This document shows, in pieces, positions 49,995 through 57,694 of a stretch of 64,000 nt of DNA. The DNA is from an uncultured Nannocystaceae bacterium (GTDB lineage: Bacteria > Myxococcota_A > Bradymonadia > UBA7976 > UBA1532), in the NCBI GenBank assembly GCA_964402225.1, contig CAYOBQ010000018.1, forward strand, positions 9,290 to 73,289. Reading direction: 5' to 3'. How positions within the stretch are numbered: position 1 is the first letter of the stretch; each line of letters opens with the position of its first letter. Below the pieces are notes generated by a model. The model was not told where the DNA came from. It searched no databases and was given only the letters and a program-made list of their open reading frames with translations. Both the position numbers and the translations under genes were made by a program.

Positions 49995-50614
49995 CCGGAG
50001 AAGGGGCCCTGAATCGAACGCTGGTGGCGTTGCTTCACAACCTCGAGAGCGAGGACGCCGAGGTCCGGCAGATCGCCGCGAGGGATGGTGTCGGCCTGCT
50101 GGAAGAGACCCGGGATCTCGCTCGGTACAGCGCCGTGCTGCGGGTCGCCCTCGGCAGCAACGACGTGCTCGTGCGTCGAATCGTCGCCAGCGGGCTGCGG
50201 GAGATCGCGCTGTTGGGGATCGATCTTCAGCCCGCCGCGCGCTTTTGTGCCCGCGGCCTGGAGGACGCCGACGACGTGACGCGCCGCGCGCTGGCCGAGG
50301 TCATCGCCTCGGGGGCGGAGACCGGGCGCGCGGAGGTGGCGCGCCTCACCCGGCGGGCGTTGGCCGATCCCGACGAGCAGGTGCGCGCCGTGGTCGCCCG
50401 CGCCCTCGGCCGCTTCGCCGACGCGGGGGAGGATCTGACGGCGCACCTGCCGGGGCTCGTCGCGCGCCTCGAGGACCGCGCGCCGGAGGTCCGCGACGCC
50501 GCGATGCACGCCCTCGACGCCTACGCACGCCAGGGGGGCGAGCGCGCCGCGCGGGTGCACCTCCTCTACCGCGCCGTGTGTCGCATCGCCCGCGCCCGCG
50601 ACGCCGACGGCTGA
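49991..50614 (+). CDS. HEAT/PBS-lyase-like repeat protein.
   Basis: An ATGA overlap joins it to the upstream gene. It has repeated units of the type VRxxAARALG. Confidence 0.6.
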   Translation: MTGEGALNRTLVALLHNLESEDAEVRQIAARDGVGLLEETRDLARYSAVLRVALGSNDVLVRRIVASGLREIALLGIDLQPAARFCARGLEDADDVTRRALAEVIASGAETGRAEVARLTRRALADPDEQVRAVVARALGRFADAGEDLTAHLPGLVARLEDRAPEVRDAAMHALDAYARQGGERAARVHLLYRAVCRIARARDADG

Positions 50615-51914
50615 GCCCGACGACCAACGGCATCAGGAGGAGCGCGACCCCCGAGCCGCCGGGGCGGGCCGAGCAGCGCGGGGGGTCTGCGCCGTCGTCC
50701 ACGAAGTCCACGGTGGGGGTGATGACCAGCCCGCCGTCGGGGGGCGGCGCGGGCGCGTGACCGTCGCCCTCGGGCTCGTCTCCCGCGTCGGGATCCGGCG
50801 CCGCCCCGGCGTCGCGCCCGGGCTCGGGCTCTGGATCGGGCTCCGGCTCCGGCTCCGGCTCCGGTTCGGGCTCGGCGCCCGGGGCGCACGCGCCGCCGCC
50901 GCCCTGTGTCGGGACGCACTCGGCGCCCTCCGGGCAGGTGTCGGGGCCGCTGCATTGCTGGGAGCACGACGCCCGCCGACCATCGGAGAGGCACAGCCCC
51001 GACTGACAGTCCGCGCCGCCCTCGCAGGGGTCACCGAAGGCGCCGTCGCCGCCAGCGTCTGCGTCGGGCAGGCAGATGTCGGCGACCTCGCCGCCTTGGA
51101 ACTGCACGCGCTGACACGACCACCCCTGGGGGCAGTCACCGCCGCACTCGCGGGTGCAAAACGAATCCCCCCCTTGCCCGCCGACGCAGAAGTTCCCCGC
51201 GGCGCAGGCCCCGCCCGGGCCGCAGGGGTCGCCGACGGCCCCCTCTCCGTCGGGGCCGGGCTCGGCGCAGCTCCCGAAGCGGCAGACTCGGCCCGCCGCG
51301 CAGTCGCCGTCGTCGCGGCACTCGGGGGCGACGTCTGAGGGGTACAGCGCGCAGACGCCCTCGATGTCGTCCCCGTCGAGCGTCCGGCCGCCGGTGCCGC
51401 CGAGGTAGGCGGCGAACATCGTCGCGGCGCGGCTGCCGGAGTGGTTGAGGCCGAGCTGGTGGCCGGTCTCGTGGGTGATGATCGACTGCGCGTCGACTTG
51501 CCCCGGGCGCCGGGGGGTGGTGGTCCACTGGTGGTCGATGCCGTTGAAGAGGATGTCCCCGTCAACCGCTTGGCGACCCTGGAAGACGCTGAGCGTGACG
51601 CCGATCGTCGAGCGCCCGCCGAGCTCCCGCGGGCGCTCGTTGGGATCGTAGATCCACACCAGCGTGTTCACCCGGTCGCGGGCGTTCCAGAGGCCCTGCG
51701 TCTCGCCGCCAAGGGCCGAGGTGTAGCCGGTGCAGGCCGGCGCCTCCCATGCGTCGTAGCTGGCCTGAATCACCTCGAGGGTGGTCCCGCGTCCAAGCTC
51801 GGCGGAGCTCGCGGTGTTGACCTCGTAGCGGACGGGGAGCGGCCAGGTGAAGCCCGTGGGGTTCCAGGCGGTGGCGGCGCCGGCGAGCAGGGTGAGCAAG
51901 ACGACGCGGGTCAT
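50346..51914 (-). CDS. Secreted matrixin-like (M10) zinc metalloprotease with a Cys-rich domain, a PEPEPEP linker and a MYXO-CTERM-like tail. No stop follows the tail, so the annotated end is probably too long.
   Basis: The signal is MTRVVLLTLLAGAATA. HETGHQLGLNHS fits HExxHxxGxxH. The C-terminus reads ...[33 protein letters not shown]. The frame then continues ~80 Arg-rich codons antisense to the HEAT gene, down to 50346. Confidence 0.7.
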   Translation of the reverse strand: MTRVVLLTLLAGAATAWNPTGFTWPLPVRYEVNTASSAELGRGTTLEVIQASYDAWEAPACTGYTSALGGETQGLWNARDRVNTLVWIYDPNERPRELGGRSTIGVTLSVFQGRQAVDGDILFNGIDHQWTTTPRRPGQVDAQSIITHETGHQLGLNHSGSRAATMFAAYLGGTGGRTLDGDDIEGVCALYPSDVAPECRDDGDCAAGRVCRFGSCAEPGPDGEGAVGDPCGPGGACAAGNFCVGGQGGDSFCTRECGGDCPQGWSCQRVQFQGGEVADICLPDADAGGDGAFGDPCEGGADCQSGLCLSDGRRASCSQQCSGPDTCPEGAECVPTQGGGGACAPGAEPEPEPEPEPEPDPEPEPGRDAGAAPDPDAGDEPEGDGHAPAPPPDGGLVITPTVDFVDDGADPPRCSARPGGSGVALLLMPLVVGLSRRRRGRGRCDTRRGRGGAPARRARPPGVRRRRGRASRRRGPPARGPRGARRAPAGAPSDPPPRRRSGRGRGRPRRAPARRDRPTPAG

Positions 51915-52468
51915 CGGGCCACCTCCCCGCCGCCGAATCCGAGTTGGACCGCTCGGCCGACCGCGTCGCGCAGCGCGGGCAGGCTGAAGACCTCGGGGTC
52001 GGTGGCCACCTCCACGGCCCCGGCGCGGTAGAAGGCGAGGCCCCCGAGATCCCGGGAGACGGTGGGCCCGCCGGTCCCGCGGCGCACGTGGTAGACGCCC
52101 TGGGCCAATCCGACGACGAAGGTGAGCTGGCGGGCCGGATCGACGTCGAGGAAGGCGACGACCTCGTCCCCCTCCTCGAGCCGGGCGTTGCCCGTCACCC
52201 GCATCGAGAGGTCACCGAGGTGTCCGCCGAGCTGCTGCACCACCAGCGTCGTGGGGCCGTCCCCCTCGAGGTAGCGGTGCACGCTCAGGATGGTGCGGGT
52301 GTAGATCTCGCCGCGGGGGCCGCGCGCCGGCACCACGTAGCGGTCGACGACGTCGGCGTGGACGACGAGGCTCGCCTCGGCGGTGAGCTGGGCGACCGTC
52401 AGGCGGGTCGACACCGTCGCCCACGCGGGGCTCGACGCAAAGAGCAGGAGCAGGAGGGCGCGCGGCAT
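51911..52468 (-). CDS. Small secreted hypothetical protein (~185 aa), translationally coupled (ATGA) to the downstream M10 protease gene.
   Basis: The signal peptide is MPRALLLLLFASSPAWA. The body is complex. It may be a chaperone, inhibitor or propeptide-like partner of the protease. Confidence 0.5.
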   Translation of the reverse strand: MPRALLLLLFASSPAWATVSTRLTVAQLTAEASLVVHADVVDRYVVPARGPRGEIYTRTILSVHRYLEGDGPTTLVVQQLGGHLGDLSMRVTGNARLEEGDEVVAFLDVDPARQLTFVVGLAQGVYHVRRGTGGPTVSRDLGGLAFYRAGAVEVATDPEVFSLPALRDAVGRAVQLGFGGGEVAR

Positions 52469-52594
52469 CGGATCTCCCCACCAGTGATCGCGAATCGATC
52501 GGTAGCGAGGGGAAAGCACGGCTCATGCCAGGGCCCAATTGTGCCGATACCGGGAGGTCACGCTAGAGTTGGACGGCACCTCGGGAGGACCAGG

Positions 52595-54856
52595 ATGCGC
52601 GCCGGGCTCTGTATCTTGTTGGTCTGGGCGGGCGGCGCAGTCGCCCAGCCCTTCTCCGAAGACGTCGATCGCGCGGTCGATCGGGGTCTGGCGTGGCTCG
52701 TAGCCAACGGCGCGTTCCAGGACCCCAGCCTCGCCGGGGACGCCGCCGGGGTCGCGGCGTTGGCGATGCTGGAGCGGCGAGAGGGGGAGGCCTTCGCCCC
52801 GGCGGTCGGGTACGACGGGGCGAGCGACGAGGATCGCGGGCGCCTGGACCAGATCTTCGGCCACATCCTGCGGCAAGCCCTGGCGGAGGACTTCTACGCC
52901 TACCGCGACGGGGTCGATCTGATGGCCCTGTCGGTGTACCTGCGCACCGGGGGCGCTCGACGGCTGGACGCGGTCGCCGCGGTGAACGTGGTGGTCGACC
53001 GCGTCGTCGAGAACCAGGGAGAGCACGGCTACTGGACGGGGAGCAACGGGGCCACCCGGGACTCCTCGGCCACCCAGCTCGTCATGGCGGGGCTCGGCGC
53101 GGCCCGGGCGGTCTACGGCGATCCGGAGTTCGCGGACGCGGACCGGCTCGCCACCCTCGACGCGGCCACGGCCCTCGCGCGGGCGGCCTACGCGGCCAAC
53201 GGTCTCGCCGGTGGACTCGACGAGCGGGAGCGAGGGCACGGCTACCAACAGGGCAACCTGCCCTCCCTCCAGCAGACGGCGTCGGGGCTCTGGTGCCAGG
53301 TCATCGGCGGCGCCGATCTCAACGACGACGGGGTCCAGGCGTACCTGCGCTGGCTCTACCACCGCTACAACTACGGGAGCATCGAGGCGGCCGATGGCAG
53401 CCACCGCACCTCGCTGCTCTACTACCTGTGGGCGAGCACCCGGGCCTACACCTTCCTCGACGCGTCCCGCGTGGTCGCGGCGCCGGGGAACCTGCCGCCC
53501 TCGGCGCTGGGGACGCTGCCCGCCGATGCGGCGCCGGCGTATGCGACGCGGTCGCTGCACCGGGTCCCGGAGGACGATCCGCGACCGCCGGCCTTCGGCG
53601 TGGAGGGCGCCGGGTTCTACGCGGAGACCGAGCCCGGTTGGTACTACGACCACGCGTACTCGTTGCTGGCGATCCAGGACGGCGGGGGTCGGTTCGTGCC
53701 GCCGGGCGGGGTGTGGAACGACTTCGCGGGGCAAGCCTACGCGTTGCTCGTCCTCGAGCGGTCGGTGGGGGGCGGCTGCGTGGATCACGACGGGGACCAC
53801 GCGTGCCTGGGGTTCGACAACTGCCCGGAGGTGGCGAACCCGGACCAGGCGGACCGCGATGAGGACGGCTACGGCGACGCGTGCGACGGGTGCCCCGAGG
53901 TCGCTGACGACCAGAGGGACGGGGATCTCGACGGGGCCGGTGACGCCTGCGACGTGTGCCTCGACCTCGCCGACGACCAGGCGGACGGGGATGAGGATGG
54001 CGTGGGCGATGCCTGCGACAACTGCCCGGCGCAGCCGAACCCGGAGCAGGGGGACCGCGACGAGAACGGGGTCGGCGACTTCTGTGACGTGGGCTGTGAG
54101 GACGGGCCCTTCGAGGAGGTGTGCAACCAGCTCGACGACGACTGCGATGGGGCCACCGACGAGGGGCTCGAGGGCTGCGGCTGCGTGGAGGAGGAGATCG
54201 CCTGCGACGGGATCGACGAGGACTGCGACGACGCGGTGGACGAGGGGCTGCACAACGCCTGCGGAGAGTGCGGTCCGTTGCCGGAGGAGATCTGCAACCG
54301 AGGCGACGATGACTGCGACGGCGACATCGACGAGGGGGTCCAAAACGCCTGCGGAGGGTGTGGGGAGGTGCCCGTCGAGGTCTGCAATCGGGAGGACGAC
54401 GACTGCGACGGCGCCACCGACGAGGGGGTCCAAAACGCCTGCGGCGCGTGCGGGGAGCCGCCCATCGAGGTCTGCAACCGGGAGGACGATGACTGCGACG
54501 GGGCCACCGACGAGGGGGTCCAAAACGCCTGCGGTGCGTGCGGCGAGGTGCCCGTCGAGGTCTGCAATCGGGAGGACGACGACTGCGATGGGGCCACCGA
54601 CGAGGGGGTCCACAACGCCTGTGGCGGATGTGGGGCGGTGCCCGTCGAGATCTGCAACGGCGCCGATGACGACTGCGATGGCGAGACCGACGAGGCGGTC
54701 CAAAACGCCTGCGGGGGGTGTGGGGCGGTCCCCGTCGAGATCTGCAACGACGCCGACGACGACTGCGATGGGCGCACCGACGAGGGCGTCCAGAACGACT
54801 GTGGCGCCTGCGGTGCGGCGCCCCTCGAGATCTGCAACGACGCCGACGACGACTGA
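52595..54856 (+). CDS. Secreted protein with an alpha/alpha-toroid (prenyltransferase/terpene-cyclase-like) repeat domain, TSP3-like repeats and tandem MopE Cys-rich repeats. It ends at an in-frame TGA inside a repeat.
   Basis: GGGAGG lies 10 nt before the ATG. The signal is MRAGLCILLVWAGGAVAQP. QNQGEHGYWTGSNGATRDSSATQLVMAGL is toroid-like. DNCPEVANPDQADRDEDGYGDACD is TSP3-like. The unit CNREDDDCDGATDEGVQNACGACGE is repeated. Confidence 0.75.
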   Translation: MRAGLCILLVWAGGAVAQPFSEDVDRAVDRGLAWLVANGAFQDPSLAGDAAGVAALAMLERREGEAFAPAVGYDGASDEDRGRLDQIFGHILRQALAEDFYAYRDGVDLMALSVYLRTGGARRLDAVAAVNVVVDRVVENQGEHGYWTGSNGATRDSSATQLVMAGLGAARAVYGDPEFADADRLATLDAATALARAAYAANGLAGGLDERERGHGYQQGNLPSLQQTASGLWCQVIGGADLNDDGVQAYLRWLYHRYNYGSIEAADGSHRTSLLYYLWASTRAYTFLDASRVVAAPGNLPPSALGTLPADAAPAYATRSLHRVPEDDPRPPAFGVEGAGFYAETEPGWYYDHAYSLLAIQDGGGRFVPPGGVWNDFAGQAYALLVLERSVGGGCVDHDGDHACLGFDNCPEVANPDQADRDEDGYGDACDGCPEVADDQRDGDLDGAGDACDVCLDLADDQADGDEDGVGDACDNCPAQPNPEQGDRDENGVGDFCDVGCEDGPFEEVCNQLDDDCDGATDEGLEGCGCVEEEIACDGIDEDCDDAVDEGLHNACGECGPLPEEICNRGDDDCDGDIDEGVQNACGGCGEVPVEVCNREDDDCDGATDEGVQNACGACGEPPIEVCNREDDDCDGATDEGVQNACGACGEVPVEVCNREDDDCDGATDEGVHNACGGCGAVPVEICNGADDDCDGETDEAVQNACGGCGAVPVEICNDADDDCDGRTDEGVQNDCGACGAAPLEICNDADDD

Positions 54857-54917
54857 GACGGCGCCACCGACGAGGGGGTGCAAAAAGCCTGAGGGGGGTG
54901 AGGGGGGGTGCCCGCCG
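54288..54917 (+). repeat. Seven near-identical 90-nt tandem coding repeats, one MopE unit each. The last is degenerate and carries three TGA codons.
   Basis: The unit gtctgcaaccgggaggacgacgactgcgacggcgccaccgacgagggggtccaaaacgcctgcggcgcgtgcggggag recurs with a 90-nt period. High DNA identity suggests concerted evolution or an assembly hazard. Confidence 0.8.
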
Positions 54918-56188
54918 AGGTCTGCAACGGCCGGGACGACGACTGCGACGGCGCCATCGACGAGATCCACGCGGGGCGCTGCGACACGGAGCGACCGGGG
55001 CTCTGTGCCAATGGCCGCTGGCGCTGCGTGGACGACGAGCGGGTCTGCGTGACGAACAACGAGCCGAGGGCGGAGGTGTGCGACGCGATCGACAACGACT
55101 GCGACGGGGAGACGGACGAGGACACGCCCGGCGCCGGCGAGCCGTGCGTGACCCGAACCCCCGGCGTGTGCTCAGAGGGGGAGCGGCACTGCCTCGGCGG
55201 CGAGATGCGGTGCCGTCGGCACTTGCAGCCGGCGGACGAGGTCTGTGACGGAGAGGACGACGACTGCGACGGCACCATCGACGAGGGTCGACGCAACGCG
55301 TGTGGTCGCTGTGAGGCCCCAGACCCGGAGGTGTGCGACGGGCTCGACAACGATTGCGACACCGTCGTCGATGAGGCGGCGAGCTGCGACGGGGATCGGA
55401 CCTGTCGGTTCGGGCGCTGCCTGGCGCCGTGCGAGGGGGAGGTCTGCCCCGCCGGCGAGCTGTGCGTGGGGGGGCTGTGCGTGCTGCCCTGCGACCTCGT
55501 CGAGTGCGCGCCGGGGGAGCGCTGCGAGTTGGGCGTGTGCATCGACCCCTGCGCCGACGTGAAGTGCGGCCGGGGTGAGTTCTGCGTGGCGGGTGAGTGC
55601 CACGACTCGTGCGAAGACGAGGCGTGCCCGCCGGGGCAGCGCTGCGAGGACGGGGCGTGCGTCCCCGACGCCTGCGCGGACGCGAACTGCGCGGCGGGCG
55701 AGGCCTGCGTGGATGGCGAGTGCGTCGCGAGCTGCGCGCGGATCTCGTGCCCCGCCGACGAGGTCTGTGTCGACGGAGTGTGCGTGTCCAACCCCTGCGA
55801 GGGCCTCGATTGCCCCGAGGATCGGGCCTGCGGGGATGGCGAGTGCGGCGAGCCCTGCGAGGGCGACCCCTGCGCGGCCGTCGTCTGCCCTCGGGGCCAG
55901 GAGTGCACGGTCGTGCTGTGCAGCGGACAATGCCGCTTCGACACCTCCCTCGACGACCCCGAGGTCGTCGATCCGAACGCGCCGGACGGGGGCGGTGACG
56001 GAGACGGGGGCGGGGGCGGGCGACAGGGGCGTGGCGATGGCGGGCTCACCGGTGGCGACGGGGCGTTGGGGGCCAGCGAGTCCTCGAAGGGCCCCGCCAG
56101 CGACAACTGTGACTGCGACACGTCGGGCGCTGCGCCGGGGTTGTTCCTGATGCTGCTCGCTATGCGAAGGCGCCGACCTCCGGTGTGA
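54908..56188 (+). CDS. Same-frame continuation of the 52595 gene. It carries further Cys-rich EGF/MopE-like modules and a MYXO-CTERM tail.
   Basis: It is in frame with 52595..54856 across TGAs at 54854, 54890 and 54899. The C-terminus reads ...SDNCDCDTSGAAPGLFLMLLAMRRRRPPV*, a Cys motif followed by a TM helix and an Arg cluster. Confidence 0.7.
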   Translation: MPAEVCNGRDDDCDGAIDEIHAGRCDTERPGLCANGRWRCVDDERVCVTNNEPRAEVCDAIDNDCDGETDEDTPGAGEPCVTRTPGVCSEGERHCLGGEMRCRRHLQPADEVCDGEDDDCDGTIDEGRRNACGRCEAPDPEVCDGLDNDCDTVVDEAASCDGDRTCRFGRCLAPCEGEVCPAGELCVGGLCVLPCDLVECAPGERCELGVCIDPCADVKCGRGEFCVAGECHDSCEDEACPPGQRCEDGACVPDACADANCAAGEACVDGECVASCARISCPADEVCVDGVCVSNPCEGLDCPEDRACGDGECGEPCEGDPCAAVVCPRGQECTVVLCSGQCRFDTSLDDPEVVDPNAPDGGGDGDGGGGGRQGRGDGGLTGGDGALGASESSKGPASDNCDCDTSGAAPGLFLMLLAMRRRRPPV

Positions 56189-56200
56189 TACTCAGCGCGG

Positions 56201-57667
56201 ATGAGCGAGCTGACGAACCCCTACGCGACCGCCCTCGATGGGCTCGAGATCGACGACCCGGTGGCGGCCTTCTTTCGATTCTGCCGGGAGCGCGAGCGCG
56301 TCCGCGTCTTGCGGGAGACCGGCGCGCCGGCGCCGTGGACGGAGGACCCCATCCTGCAACGGGGGCGCTTCCTGAACGTCTTTCGTGAGGACGACCGGGG
56401 CAGCCGGGCGATCCTGCGCTTCGCCGAGCCGGTGCGCGACGATCTGCCGACGCTGGTCCAAGCGCTCTTCTTCGCGCGGTGGTGTAATCGGCAAGCGACC
56501 CTCGACGTGCTGTCCGCCGACGTGCTGGCCGATCCCGCGCGCTTGCGGCGGGTCCTCGAGACCGAGGTTCCGCAGCCTTGGTGCAACGTCACGGCCTACC
56601 CCGTCGAGCCCGTCTGCTGGGAAGGGACGCTCCACTCCCGAATCGAGACCGCCACCGAGCTCTTCTTCGAGAATCGGGGCTTCCTGCGCGACGCGATCCT
56701 CAGTGGCGAAGGGAGCGTCGTTCGAGCCACCGCGGCGGTGAACGCGGGGCTCGGCATGCGCAACGACTTCCCCATCTTCATGGCCGTGATGGATCTGGCC
56801 TGGTTCCGCCCCGACGTGGTGGATCCGGCGAGCCCGGTGCCCACCGGCATCGGCGCGGTGGCCTTCCTCGACCGCCTGCAGCGGCACCTGGGTCTCGAGG
56901 ACCACCACGAGACGTGCGCGCGGATGATCGCGCTGGCAGAGGTACATTGGCCCGAGGCGCGACGCCGGTTTCAGCCGATCGACATCGAGTACCTCGCCTG
57001 CGAGTGCAGGAAGTACTTCAGCTACGTGAATGGCACGAAGGCCTTCGAGGGCAAGAACGTCTTCCGCCCTGGAGAGTCCGCCCAGCTCGTCTTTGATGTG
57101 CCCGCAGACGCGGTCCCAACCGCGGGGACGCCCACCGGAGTCCACGTCGTCGCGGGGGGGCCCTGCTCGGGGAAGACCACGCTCCTCGAGGCGCTGGCGG
57201 AGGCGGGGCATCGTGTCGAGTACGAGACCGCGGAGCGGGTCCTGAAGGCCGGGATCGACCGTGGCCGCTCCGCCGACGCGCTGCGGGCGGATCCGGTCGA
57301 GTGGCAACGGACCCTGCTCGAACAGGACTTCGCGCTCTTCGACGGGCTGCCCACCGACGCGTGCGTCTTCACCGACACGTCGTTTGTCGAGACCCTCGTC
57401 TTCGGCGCCCGCGCGGGGATCACGATCGGCCCCAACGTCGAGGCCTGGCTTCGGCGCAAGCGTTACGCGACGGTCTTCTTCCTCGATCCGCTGCGCTACG
57501 AGCGCAGCGCCGTGCGGGTGGAGTCGCAACGGACGGCCGCGCGGATCAGCGACGAAGTGCGCGCGGCCTATCGACGCTACGGCTACGAGTTGGTCGTCGT
57601 CCCCGCGATGCCCGTCGCCGAGCGGTTGGCCTTCATCCAGTCGATCGTGGGCGACACGCTCGACTGA
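56201..57667 (+). CDS. Two-domain protein. The N-terminal ~320 aa resemble, from memory, the aGPT-Pplase 'DNA base hypermodification' family. The C-terminal part is a NadR/AAA_28-like P-loop kinase domain.
   Basis: The N-terminal block is FFRFCRERERVRVLRETGAPAPWTEDPILQRGRFLNVFREDDRGSRAIL. The C-terminus reads HVVAGGPCSGKTTLLEALAEAGHRVEYETAERVL...ATVFFLDPL (Walker A GxxxxGKT, Walker B hhhhD). Confidence 0.7.
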   Translation: MSELTNPYATALDGLEIDDPVAAFFRFCRERERVRVLRETGAPAPWTEDPILQRGRFLNVFREDDRGSRAILRFAEPVRDDLPTLVQALFFARWCNRQATLDVLSADVLADPARLRRVLETEVPQPWCNVTAYPVEPVCWEGTLHSRIETATELFFENRGFLRDAILSGEGSVVRATAAVNAGLGMRNDFPIFMAVMDLAWFRPDVVDPASPVPTGIGAVAFLDRLQRHLGLEDHHETCARMIALAEVHWPEARRRFQPIDIEYLACECRKYFSYVNGTKAFEGKNVFRPGESAQLVFDVPADAVPTAGTPTGVHVVAGGPCSGKTTLLEALAEAGHRVEYETAERVLKAGIDRGRSADALRADPVEWQRTLLEQDFALFDGLPTDACVFTDTSFVETLVFGARAGITIGPNVEAWLRRKRYATVFFLDPLRYERSAVRVESQRTAARISDEVRAAYRRYGYELVVVPAMPVAERLAFIQSIVGDTLD

Positions 57668-57694
57668 GTCGACCGGTGATGCGAACGTCTCCCG

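Noticed and set aside
48491-50560. 689-aa minus-strand ORF, plus similar long ORFs: 3895..5529 -, 12648..15566 +, 52523..54970 -, 53869..56121 -, 26177..27700 -, 28301..30364 -, 30361..31704 -, 32826..34586 -, 58751..60547 -, 17193..18995 + (5' part), 42571..44040 +, 45135..46343 +.
   Set aside because: They lie antisense to, or out of frame with, well-supported genes (TPR/DUF4388/HEAT, gpmI, the multicopper oxidase, the repeat proteins, the STPK). Their translations are Arg/Pro/Gly/Ala-rich low-complexity strings, as expected for stop-poor non-coding frames in ~70% GC DNA.
54854-54901. Annotating the three TGA codons outright as selenocysteine.
   Set aside because: The spacings of 36 and 9 nt are incompatible with separate bacterial SECIS hairpins, and neighbouring non-Cys codons are also mutated. 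The observation is kept only as a low-prior alternative in the findings.
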